Below are positions 1 through 10,515 of a stretch of 64,000 nt of DNA, piece after piece. The notes beneath the pieces are model-generated. The model saw only the letters and a program-made list of their open reading frames with translations. It made no database searches and was not told the DNA's origin. The number at the start of each line of letters is the position of its first letter. The first letter of the stretch is position 1. The position numbers and the translations under genes were made by a program. The DNA is from Pristiophorus japonicus. Taxonomy: Eukaryota. The DNA lies in assembly GCF_044704955.1 (NCBI RefSeq), contig NC_092002.1, positions 4,836,001 through 4,900,000 of the forward strand, written 5' to 3'.

Positions 1-73
1 GACCTGCATTTCTATAGCGCCTTTCACGCCCACCGGAAAACTGAAAGCGCTTGACAACCAATGAGGTGCTTAC

Positions 74-242
74 GGGTTTAGCACAGCAGACAATCGATCC
101 TTTCTCCAGCAACTTCTTCAGGAATTTCCAAAGGTCCTTCGGCATTTCATCGACCAGAAACGATTCTGGGGCCCCCCCGGTGAGGTCCACCATTGCTTCC
201 AGCGGATAACCGATGTACAGAGCCTCATAGCAGCCCTTCAGC
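74..242 (-). CDS. Calpain coding exon 5 (LKGCYEALYIGYPLEAMVDLTGGAPESF...GSIVCCAKP); gene continues beyond the left edge
   Basis: 169 nt, cag/ and /gtaagc; YEAL..E...DLTGG motif; the 70/119/134/169 exon series matches classical calpain gene structure. Confidence 0.92.
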
Positions 243-498
243 CTGAGGCACAATGGAAGCAGGAAAAGCAAAGGCTCATTACACAAGGTCACGTTGGAAC
301 ATACAGCAGGTCCTGGATACAGTGAGGCTTCAACGCCCACGTGCCCCCGCCCCCCCCCCCCACCCCGGGCCCCTGTCCGCTCTCCCAGCTTACCTGAAGG
401 TACTGACTCTTCCGTGGGCACTGAACCGCGATACCAACTGCCTTGGGCTACCTCGTTCATGTGGCCGATCTTCACCCATCAGCCTTGAGACACTCCTT

Positions 499-1885
499 CA
501 GTACTGCCCCTCCGACAGTGCGGCGCTCCCTCAGTACTGCCCCTCCGACAGTGCGGCGCTCCCTCAGCACTGCCCCTCCGACAGTGCGGCGCTCCCTCAG
601 TACTGCCCCTCCGACAGTGCGGCGCTCCCTCAGTACTGCCCCTCCGACAGTGCGGCGCTCCCTCGGCACTGCCCCTCCGACAGTGCGGCGCTCCCTCGGC
701 ACTGCCCCTCCGACCGTGCGGCGCTCCCTCAGTACTGCCCCTCCGACAATGCGGCGCTCCTTCAGTACCTCCCCTCCGACAGTGCGGCGCTCCCTCAGTA
801 CTGCCCCTCCGACAGTGCGGCGCTCCCTCAGTACTGCCCCTCCAACAGTGCGGCGCTCCCTCAGTACTGCCCCTCCGACAGTGCGGCGCTCCCTCGGCAC
901 TGCCCCTCCGACAGTGCGGCGCTCCCTCAGTACTGCCCCTCCGACAATGCGGCGCTCCTTCAGTACCTCCCCTCCGACAGTGCGGCGCTCCCTCAGTACT
1001 GCCCCTCCGACAGTGCGGCGCTCCCTCAGTACTGCCCCTCCGACAGTGCGGCGCTCCCTCAGTACTGCCCCTCCGACAGTGCGGCGCTCCCTCAGTACTG
1101 CTCCTCCCACAGTGCGGCGCTCCCTCAGTACTGCCCCTCCAACAGTGCGACGCTCCCTCAGTACTGCCCCTCCGACAGTGCGGCGCTCCCTCAGTACCGT
1201 CCCTCCGACAGTGCGGCGCTCCCTCAGTACTGCCCCTCCGACAATGCGGCGCTCACTCAGTACTGCCCCTCCAACAGTGCGGCGCTCCCTCAGTACCGTC
1301 CCTCCGACAGTGCGGCGCTCCCTCAGTACTGCCCCTCCGACGGTGCACTGCTCCCTCAGTACTGCCCCTCCGACACTCCCTCAGTATTGCCCCTCCGACG
1401 GTGCACCGCTCCCTCAGTACTGCCCCTCCGACAGTGCGGCACTCCCTCAGTACCGCCTCTCCGACAGTGCGGCACTCCCTCAGTACTGCCCCTCCGACAG
1501 TGCGGCGCTCCCTCAGTACTGCCCCTCCGACAGTGCACCGCTCCCTCAGTACTGCCCCTCCGACAGTGCGGCACTCCCTCAGTACTGCCCCTCCGACAGT
1601 GCAGCACTCCCTCAGTACTGCCCCTCCGACAGTGCAGCACTCCCTCAGCACTGCCCCTCCGACAGTGCGGCACTCCCTCAGTACTGCCCCTCCGACAGTG
1701 CAGCACTCCCTCATTACTGCCCCTCCGACAGTGCAGCACTCCCTCAGTACTGCCCCTCCGACAGTGCGGCGCTCCCTCAGCACTGCACTGGGAGTGTCAG
1801 CCTAGAATTTGTACTGAAGTCTCTGAAGTGGGACTTGAACTGATGACCCTTTTACTCGGAGGTGAGAGTGCTACCCCCTGAGCCA
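499..1885 (-). repeat. 33-bp minisatellite (~39 units) within a DeuSINE-like element; tRNA-like head at ~1790-1885
   Basis: Tandem CAGTACTGCCCCTCCGACAGTGCGGCGCTCCCT followed by the reverse-strand SINE head. Confidence 0.93.
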
Positions 1886-1909
1886 AAAGTTGAGATAAAT
1901 TAACTCGGA

Positions 1910-2530
1910 AAACAACAACTTGTATTTATATAGCGCCTTTAACGTTGTAAAACGTACCACGGCGCTTCACAGGAGTGTTTTAATGCAAAATAAATAAATT
2001 TGACACCAAGCCACATAAGAAGAAATGAGCGCAGGTGACCAAAAGCTTGGTCAAAGAGGTTTTAAGGAGCGTCTTGAAGGAGGAAAGAGAGGTAGAGAGG
2101 CGAAGAGGTTTAGGGAGGGAGTTCCAGAGCTTGGGGCCCAGGCAACAGAAGGCATGGCCACCGATGGTGGAGCGATTATAATCAGGGATGCTCAGGAGGG
2201 CAGAATTAGAGGAGCACAGACATCTCGGTGGGTTGTGGGACTGGAGGAGATTACAGAGATAGGGAGGGGCGAGGGCCATGGAGGGATTTGTAAACAAGGA
2301 TGGGAATTTTGAAATCAAGGCGTTGCTTAACCGGGAGCCAATGTAGGTCAGCGAGCACAGGGGGTGATGGGTGAGCGGGATTAGGTCCACGGGCAGCCAA
2401 GTTTTGGATGACCTCAAGTTTACGTAGGGCAGAATGTGGAAGGCCAGCTGGGATTGCGTCGGAGTAGTTAAGTGTCGAGGTAAAAGAGGCATGGATGAGG
2501 GTTTCAGCAGCGGATGAGCTGAGGCCAAAG
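1910..2530 (-). mobile_element. L2-clade LINE 3' fragment with (TTG)n tail
   Basis: LHWLPVKQRLDFKI..L.YKSLHG-type C-terminal ORF2 remnants; tail aaggcgctatataaatacaagttgttg. Confidence 0.8.
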
Positions 2531-2622
2531 GTCAGGGCATAGACCAAGTACCAAACTGGCGCTCTTTCTGGCTCAGCCACTTTTTAGATAAACACATTAA
2601 GAACATAAGAAATAGGAGCAGG

Positions 2623-2999
2623 AGTGGCTGAGCCAGAAAGAGCGCCAGTTTGGTACTTGGTCTTTGCCCTGACCTTTGGCCTCAGCTCATCCACTGCTGA
2701 AACCCTCATCCATGCCTCTTTTACCTCGACACTTAACTACTCCGACGCAATCCCAGCTGGCCTTCCACATTCTGCCCTACGTAAACTTGAGGTCATCCAA
2801 AACTTGGCTGCCCATGGACCTAATCCCGCTCACCCATCACCCCCTGTGCTCGCTGACCTACATTGGCTCCCGGTTAAGCAACACCTTGATTTCAAAATTC
2901 CCATCCTTGTTTACAAATCCCTCCATGGCCCTCGCCCCTCCCTATCTCTGTAATCTCCTCCAGTCCCACAACCCCCCGAGATGTCTGTGCTCCTCTAAT
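2623..2999 (+). repeat. Inverted duplicate of 2205-2581 (377-bp arms, 41-bp spacer)
   Basis: Near-identical ORFs on opposite strands; about 5 substitutions between the arms. Confidence 0.93.
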
Positions 3000-3480
3000 A
3001 GGAGCAGGAGTAGGCCATATGGCCCCTCAAGCCTGCTCCACCATTCAATACTATCATGGCTGATCCGATCATGGACTCAGGTCCACTTCCCCGCCCGCTC
3101 CCCATAACCCCTTAATCCCTTCATTGTGCCTTCAGCACAGCTATCCACCATTTGGTTACAGTACTACCCCAGTACTGCCCACAGCAGCACTGCACACCGA
3201 AACATAGAAATCTACAGGGCAGAAGGAGGCCATTCCGGCCCATCGTGTCTGCTCCGGCCGACAAAGAGCCGCACGGCCCTCGGTCAGCAGCCCTGAAGGT
3301 TACATATAAACCTATGAACAATGACGGAAAGGCAAAGAGCACGCAGCCCAACCAGTCCGCCTCACACACCTGCGACACCCCTCACACTGAAACATTCTAC
3401 ACTCCACCCCTGGGAGAGGCAAAAACCCAGATAAAAACCCAGGCCAATTGGAGAAATTAATCTGCTGAGAACATACTTAC

Positions 3481-3614
3481 TTGGCATAGGCTTTCTCTAG
3501 GAGTGGGCTCCAGAACTCATTGTTGTCTTTGGAGTACAGGAACGCCAACTTGCCGTCGATTGTGGGCAGCCGATCGTCCACCATTACCTCCACCCACTGG
3601 CCGTACTGCCAGAA
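3481..3614 (-). CDS. Calpain coding exon 4 ([18 protein letters not shown]...[14 protein letters not shown])
   Basis: 134 nt, aag/ acceptor and /gtaagt donor; hallmark VDDRLP and LLEKAYAK motifs. Confidence 0.95.
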
Positions 3615-3697
3615 CTTGGGAAAGGACAAGGCAGACAAAACATTAGGAACATCGGCAGAAACCAACCCAATTCTCGCTTACTAAGGGTCGCTATTAA

Positions 3698-4268
3698 TCA
3701 TCATCATCATAGGCAGATTCATCAGAGGCAGTCCCTCGCAATCGAGGAAGACATGCTTCCAATCTAAAAGTGAGTTCTCAGGTGACTGTACAGTCAAATA
3801 CGAGGAGTACAGTCTCTGTCACAGGTAGGACAGACAGTGGTTGAGGGAAGGGGAGGGTGGGACTGGTTTGCCGCACGCTCCTTCCGCTGCCTGCGCTTGG
3901 TTTCTGCACGCTCTCGGCGACGAGACTCGAGGTGCTCAGCGCCCTCCCGGATGCACTTCCTCCACTTAGGGCGGACTGGTCTTTGGCCAGGGACTCCCAG
4001 GTGTCGGTGGGGATGTGGCACTTTATCAGGGAGGCTTTGAGGGTGTCCTTTGAAATGATTCCTCTGCCCACCTGGGGCTCGCTTGCCGTGTAGGAGTTCC
4101 GAGTAGAGCGCTTGCTTTTGGAGTCTCGTGTCTGGGGCATGCGGACAATGTGGCCCTGCCCAGCGGAGCTGGTCGAGTGTGGTCAGTGCTTCGATGCTGG
4201 GGATGTTGGCCTGGTTGAGAACGCTAACGTTGGTGCGTCTGTCCTCCCAGGGGATTTGCAGGATCTTA
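3698..4268 (-). mobile_element. RTE-clade LINE 3' fragment with (GAT)n tail
   Basis: KDTLKASLIKC.IPTDTWESLA and CPTCDRDC remnants; frameshifted. Confidence 0.8.
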
Positions 4269-4458
4269 CACCGGGGGTGTCAGCCTAGATTTTTGTGCTC
4301 AGCTCTCTGGAGTGGGGCTTGAACCCACAACCTTCTGATTCAGGAGGCGCGAGTGCTGCCCACTGAGCCACGGCTGACACATGGCACCCAGCAAGAGAAT
4401 ACTGGCATTCGGTGCTGGCACATCAGAGACAGCGGCAGGATAAACAACAGAGACATAC

Positions 4459-4577
4459 CTTAAAGCGGAAACACCCCGTGTAACCTTTCCTGAATCCCTG
4501 GTTCGGGGGAATGACCTGTTCCATCACACGCTTGTTGAGACTGAGGCACGCAATGACAGAGAGAAACCAGCAGTCAC
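4459..4577 (-). CDS. Calpain coding exon 3 with catalytic Cys (GDCWFLSVIACLSLNKRVMEQVIPPNQGFRKGYTGCFRFK)
   Basis: 119 nt, cag/ and /gtatgt; GDCW active-site motif; phase matches exon 2. Confidence 0.95.
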
Positions 4578-6328
4578 CTGACAACAAGGATAGGAGCGTG
4601 TTAAAGTTACACAGAGTGTACAGCACAGAAACAGACCATTCAGCCCAACGGGTCGGTGCCGGTATCATATCAGGTTGACATATTGGGAAAGGATGAACAG
4701 GCTGGGTCTCTTTCTCTTGAAAAAATAAGGCTGAGGGGTGACCTAATAGAGGTCTTTAAAATGATGAAAAGTTTTGATCGAGTGGATACAGAGAGAGTGT
4801 TTCCACTTGTGGGGAAAGAGCATAACTAGAGGCCATCAATATAAGACAGTCAACAAGAAATCCAATCGGGAATTCAGGAGAAACTCCTTTACCCAGAGAG
4901 CGGTGAGAATGTGGAACTCGCTGCCACAGGGAGGGGTTGAGGCGAATAGTATCGATGCATTTAAGAGGAGGCTGGACAAGTATATGAGGGAGAAGGGAAT
5001 AGAGGGTTATGCTGATAGATTTAAATGAGGAAAGACAGGAGGAGGCTCGAGTGGAGCATAAACGCCGGCATGGACTGGTTGGGCCGAATGGCCTGTTTCT
5101 GTGCCGAAGATCCGATGTAATCCCATGTAACCGAGCATCGCCTGCTAGACCAGTGAGGGCCGTTAAGACCAGGTTCTGTGGGTCTGGAGTCACATATCGG
5201 CCCAGACCGGGTAAGGACGGCAGTTTCCTTCCCTGAAGGGCATTAGTGAACCCATTGGGGTTTTAACGACAATCTGACAGCTTCATGGTCACTTTTATTT
5301 TCTAAATGGTAGCTCTATATGCCCTGGAGAAGTGCGGAGAAATGGGGGAGCAGAGGGTAAGGGGAGGGAGGAACAAGAATTGTTCGATAGCTTATACGTG
5401 AGCTTACAGAGTCAAGAAAACACTACATTTGGCTGCAAGTTCCTCCCTTTTCAGCTCAATTTGTGTATCATATCTGCACACAAGAGGCAACCCACGTATA
5501 CATAAGAAATAGGGGCAGGAGTCGGCCATTCGGCCCCTCGAGCCTGCTCCGCCATTCAATAAGATCATGCTGGTCTGATCATGGACTCAGCTCCACTTCC
5601 CCACCCGCTCCCCATAACCCTTCACCCGCTTATCGTTCAATAATCTGTCTATCTCCATCTTAAATATATTCAATGACCCAGCCTCCACAGCTCTCTGGGG
5701 CAGAGAATTCCACAGATTTACAACCCCCTGAGAGAAAAAATTTCTCCTCATCTCAATTTTAAATGGGCGACCCCTTATTCTGAGACTATGTCCCCTAGTT
5801 TTAGTTTCCCCAATGAGTGGAAATATCCTTGGTCGAGCCCCCTACATTATCTTATATGCTTCGATAAGATCCTCTCTCATTCTTCTAGGCCTCCACCTTC
5901 ACCATTCCTTTATTCCTCTCTTTATGCTGGCTATTTGACTGCAGAGGACCTCGCAGTCCAACTCAATTCTGTTGCTGGACGTTGATCAGGAGTGGGAACC
6001 GTGTCTGATTTTCCTCTCGTTGCCCCAGGAAGTTGTGGACACGTGTTACGCCCCGACACTGCAGTCAACTAACCCCGGCACAGATGGACACTCGGAGTTA
6101 GGCCTTCCCAGTCTGCAGCTGACAGAAAGTTTGCGAGGGATGATCAGAGCCAACCCAGCTTCCATTTCACAGTCACACCTCCCTTTGGGGAAAGAGCCTG
6201 GTCCACATTTTCCAGCATCGTTTCAACTGTTTTCCCAGAGCTCATTCTCCAAACACTATCTCTCTCATCACTGTCTATCCCCGCATGAGGAACTCTATTT
6301 GATTCTAACCCAGATCATCAGTTCTCAC

Positions 6329-6398
6329 CCAAGGCTCCCTGGCAGATGTCTGTTCTGGTGGTTCCATCGACAATGAACTCAGGATTGGCGCAAATTTC
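6329..6398 (-). CDS. Calpain coding exon 2 ([24 protein letters not shown])
   Basis: 70 nt, cag/ acceptor and /gtgaga donor; conserved [10 protein letters not shown] motif; not present in the ORF track. Confidence 0.95.
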
Positions 6399-6443
6399 CT
6401 GTTGGGAAGAAAACAATCGTCAGGAAATAGTTTGTGGCAACTT

Positions 6444-6943
6444 ATAGAAACATAGAAAATAGGTGCAGGAGTAGGCCATTCGGCCCTTCTAGCCTGCACC
6501 GCCATTCAATGAGTTCATGGCTGAACATGCAACTTCAGTACCCTATTCCTGCTTTCTCGCCATACTCCTTGATCCCGCTAGTAGTAAGGACTTCATCTAA
6601 CTCCTTTTTGAATATATTTAGTGAATTGGCATCAACTACTTTCTGTGGTAGAGAATTCCACAGGTTCACCACTCTCTGGGTGAAGAAGTTTCTCCTCATC
6701 TCGGTCCTAAATGGCTTACCCCTTATCCTTAGACTGTGACCCCTGGTTCTGGACTTCCCCAACATTGGGAACATTCTTCCTGCATCTAACCTGTCTAAAC
6801 CCATCAGAATTTTAAACGTTTCTATGAGGTCCCCTCTCATTCTTCTGAACTCCAGTGAATACAATCCCAGTTGATCCAGTCTTTCTTGATAGTTCAGTCC
6901 CACCATCCCGGGAATCAGTCTGGTGAACCTTCGCTGCACTCCC
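6444..6943 (-). mobile_element. CR1-clade LINE 3' fragment
   Basis: GVQRRFTRLIPGM...LEFRRMRGDLIE...FFTQRVVNLWNSLP; tail (tttctatg)n. Confidence 0.88.
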
Positions 6944-7077
6944 TTATAGCTGTGCGAATGTAGAATCTCAAAACCTTCATTGATCACGTTGATGGGGCCG
7001 CTCACACGGACTGGAAGCTACGAAAGGGCTTTCATCTCATTACAAAATCAACTTTCAAGCCAACATTTTAACCCCCG

Positions 7078-7342
7078 GTGCTCCCTCAGCACTGCCCCTC
7101 CGACAGTGCGGCGCTCCCTCAGCACTGTCCCTACGACTGTGCGGCGCTCCCTCAGCACTGCCCCTCCGACAGTGCGCCGCTCCCTCATTACTGCCCCTCC
7201 GACAGTGCGGGGCTCCCTCAGCACTGCCCCTCCGACAGTGCGGAGCTCCCTCAGCACTGCCCCTCCAACACTGGGAGTGTCGACCTGGATTTTTGTATTC
7301 AAATCTCTGGAGTGGGACTCGAACCCACAACCTTCTGACTCA
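7078..7342 (-). repeat. 33-bp minisatellite (~6 units) plus SINE head
   Basis: Same unit; head gtgggactcgaacccacaaccttctgactcag. Confidence 0.9.
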
Positions 7343-7460
7343 GCAAATGGTTGCAGCAAATACACAATATTTTGCAAGGAATCAGGTTTGGCTGCATTTC
7401 CCCCAGCTGTTCATTGACTAGTTCCCCACCCACCCCATGTCCTTGAGGGTCTGCTCTCAC

Positions 7461-7697
7461 CTGTGGTCTCTTCCACTGTGAGATGACAATGTTGAATTGA
7501 GAGGCCGCTCCCGGGCCATGCAGGGAGGTGTTGCCTGCGGGGAATTGCAGGTCCTGGAAAAGCCCGGGGACCGGCCTGAGATCCCGGCCCGGGGCGGTGC
7601 CGGGACTCGGGTACAGGGCCGAGTTCCTCAGCAGCACCGAGCGGCTGTTGTAGAAGCCAGGATTGCGATCCCCTCCGCTCCAAGGCACCGGGTACAT
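7461..7697 (-). CDS. Classical-type calpain large subunit, coding exon 1 (MYPVPWSGG...LFQDLQFPAGNTSL...WKRPQ)
   Basis: ATG in GCACCATG context; 237 nt ending CAG/gtgaga; LFxDxxFP and WKRP motifs of calpain domain I/IIa; candidate upstream acceptor at ~7745. Confidence 0.82.
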
Positions 7698-7989
7698 GGT
7701 GCAAAAAAACAGCCGGGGCAGCGGGAGGGCAGCGTATTCTCTGGCTGCAGTTTGTTACACAGGAAAAGCAACACAGCGTCATGGGGAAGGTGGAGCAACT
7801 ACAGTCCAACAGGCCCCGAGCTGGGCAAAGGCAAACTTGTCTTGGCAACCAATTGGTTCAAAACTGCGCCAACATTTGCAATCCATCAAGTGGACAGGTT
7901 GCATGGCTCAGCGGTCATGTGGAATGATACAGCACAGCTCACTTGGTCCAATTAATCCTCCTTCCCTGCTCTTTCCCCATAGTACATAC

Positions 7990-8662
7990 TCCAGTGCAGT
8001 GCTGAGGGAGCGCCGCACTGTCGGAGGGGCAGTGCTGAGGGAGTGCCGCGCTGTTAGAGGGGCAGTACTGAGGGAGCGCCGTGCTGTCGGAGGGGCGGTG
8101 CTGAGGGAGCGCCGCACTGTCGGAGGGGTGGTGCTGAGGGAGTGCCGCGCTGTTAGAGGGGCAGTACTGAGGGAGCGCCGTGCTGTCGGAGGGGCGGTGC
8201 TGAGGGAGCGCCGCACTGTCGGAGGGGCGGTGCTGAGGGAGTGCCGCGTTGTTGGAGGGGCAGTACTGAGGGAGCGCTGTGCTGTCGGAGGGGCAGTGCT
8301 GAGGGAGTGCCGCACTGTCGGAGGGGCGGTGCTGAGGGAGTGCCGCACTGTCGGAGGGGCGGTGCTGAGGGAGTGCCGCACTGTCGGAGCGGCAGTGCTG
8401 AGGGAAAACTGCATTTTCAGAGGTGCTGTCTTTTGGATGAGACGTTAAACCGAGGCCCTGTCTGCTCTCAGGTGGATGTAAAAGATCCCACGGCACTATT
8501 TTGAAGAAGAGCAGGGGAGTTCTCCCCGGTGTCCTGGCGCCAATATTTATCCTTCAATCACAGATGATCTGGTCATTATCACATTGCTGTTTGTGGGAGC
8601 TTGCTGTGCACAAATTAGCTGCCACATTTCCCACATTACAACAGTGACTACACTCCAAAAGT
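7990..8662 (+). repeat. 33-bp minisatellite (~12 units) plus SINE body
   Basis: Reverse-complement unit followed by the gatgagacgttaaaccgaggccc... body. Confidence 0.9.
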
Positions 8663-8667
8663 CTCTG

Positions 8668-9413
8668 AGGCAGTCCCTCGGGGTCGAGGATGACTTGCTT
8701 CCACACTGATGAGTTCTCAGGTGACTGAAGAGTCCAATGCGGGACCTACAGTCTCTGTCACAGGTGGGGTGCTTGGGTTGTTGTGCGCTGCTTCCACTGT
8801 TTGCGTTTGGCTTTCGTATGCTTCCGGTGAAGAGACTCGAGGTGTTCGGCACCTTCCCGGATGCTTCTCCTCCATTTTGAGGGATTCCCAGGTGTCGGTG
8901 GGGATGTTGCATTTTATCAAGGAGGCTTTGAGGGTGTCCTTGAAGCGTTTTCTCTGCCCACCTGCGGCTCGCTTGCCGTGTTGGAGCTCGGAGTAGAGCG
9001 CTTGCTTTGGGAGTCTTCTATCGGGCATGCGGACAATGTGGCATTGGAGCTGATCGAGTGTGGTCAATGCCTCGATGCTATGGATTTAGACTGAGCAAGA
9101 ACATTGACGTTGGTGTGCTTATCCTGCCAATGGATTTGCAGGATCTTGCGGAGGTAATGTTGGTGGTACCTCTCCAGTGCTTTGAGGTGCCTGCTGTACA
9201 TAGACCATGTCTCTGAAGTATATAGGAGGGCGGGTAATATTACTGCTCTGTAGACCATGAGTTTGATGCCGGGTTTGAGGTCCTGGTCTTCAAACACCCT
9301 CTTCCTCAGGCAACTGGCACACTGAAGGCGGTGTTGGACTTCGCCATTGAAGTCTGCCTTTGTTGACAATAGGCTCCCAAGGTATGGAAAATGGTCCACG
9401 TTGCTCAAGGCCA
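8668..9413 (-). mobile_element. RTE-clade LINE fragment
   Basis: VDHFPYLGS..., VYRAVILPALLY.SETW, HIVRMPDRRLPKQALYSEL motifs. Confidence 0.85.
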
Positions 9414-10093
9414 TGACTTCAAAAGTACTTCATTGGCTGTAAAGGGCTTTGAGACATCCAGTGGTCGTGAAAGGCGCTATATAAATGCAAGTCTTTTTTT
9501 TCATAGCCCTGCAATTTTTTTTTCCTTTCCTAGTATTTTTCCGATTTCTTTTGAAAGTTACTATTGAATCTGGTCCCACCGCCCTTTCAGGCAGCGCGTT
9601 ACAGTCATAACTCGCTGCGTAATTTATTTTTCCTTATGTTACCTCTGGTTCTTTTGCCAATTACCTTAAATGTGTCCAACATTTATATATTGACATTGAC
9701 ACTGGCCTGAATCCCAAAATATTAGAGGGTTGTTAGGATGCAGCTCTCCAGGCTCCTTAGAGTTTTCCCAACCTGTTCACATTTATTTCATTTTCTCCTT
9801 CAACTGAGGAGGTATTATTCCCCTCTCTTTGATTTCCTCCTGTCCTTTAGGCAATTTATTCTTGTTTGGATCGTTTCACGAGTGTCAATCACTCTGGTGT
9901 GTAAATTGGTTGCTGCGTTTGCAAAAGTTAAGTGACTACCAATGTTCCCTGGAACTTTTGTTTTGGGTGCGTGTGATCTTTAACTGGCTGTGCAGCCCAT
10001 CCAATTTCTCGTGCATGCGCAGTTATTTCCTGTGTGAATCCGTTGAACGGCCTGCGCGTTATCTCCAGAACGGTGTGCGGGAACATTGGTGAC

Positions 10094-10515
10094 TACAACA
10101 ACAACTTGTACTTATATAGCACCTTTACCATAGTGAAATGTCCCAAGGTGCTTCACAGGAGTATTATGAGATAAAAAATTTGACACCGAGCCACATAAGG
10201 AGAAATTAGTGCAGATGACCAAAAGCTTGGTCAAAGAGGTAGGTTTTAAGGAGGGTCTTTAAGGTGAGAGAGGTAGAGAGGCGGAGAGGTTTAGGGAGGG
10301 AGTTCCAGAGCTTGGGGCCCAGGCAACAGAAGGCACGGCCACCGATGGTGGAGCGATTATAATCAGGGATGCTCAAGAGGGCAGAATTAGAGGAGTGCAG
10401 ATATCTCGGGGGGGGGGGGGGGGGTTGTGGGGCTGGAGGAGATTACAGAGATAGGGAGGGTGCGAGGGCCATGGAGGGATTTGAATACAAGGACCAGAAT
10501 TTTTAAATCGAGGCA
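10094..10515 (-). mobile_element. L2-clade LINE 3' fragment (others at ~11824-12095, 32970-33830, 34719-35245, and 61670-62100 on +)
   Basis: Same sequence and tail as 1910-2530. Confidence 0.75.

Noticed and set aside
253-1881. 542-aa ORF and all similar QYCPSDSAALP / STAPPTVRRSL / LRERRTVGGAV / EGAPHCRRGST repeat ORFs
   Set aside because: The 33-bp unit is a multiple of 3 and stop-free in five of six frames; these ORFs lie inside SINEs within introns or intergenic DNA and have no supporting gene structure
5408-5473. 66-nt segment with good acceptor and donor on the - strand in calpain intron 2
   Set aside because: No calpain similarity and it would introduce a stop in the required phase; it could be a poison exon, but chance is equally likely without RNA evidence
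74-7697. Assigning the symbol CAPN12 from synteny with EIF3K
   Set aside because: The motifs ([11 protein letters not shown]) look more like CAPN1/2/3 than human CAPN12 (DVCQGSLGNCW) and the orientation differs; a phylogeny is needed
9960-10090. NRF1/ETS-like motifs as the calpain promoter
   Set aside because: The position is plausible, but there are few motifs and no convincing first-exon donor was found
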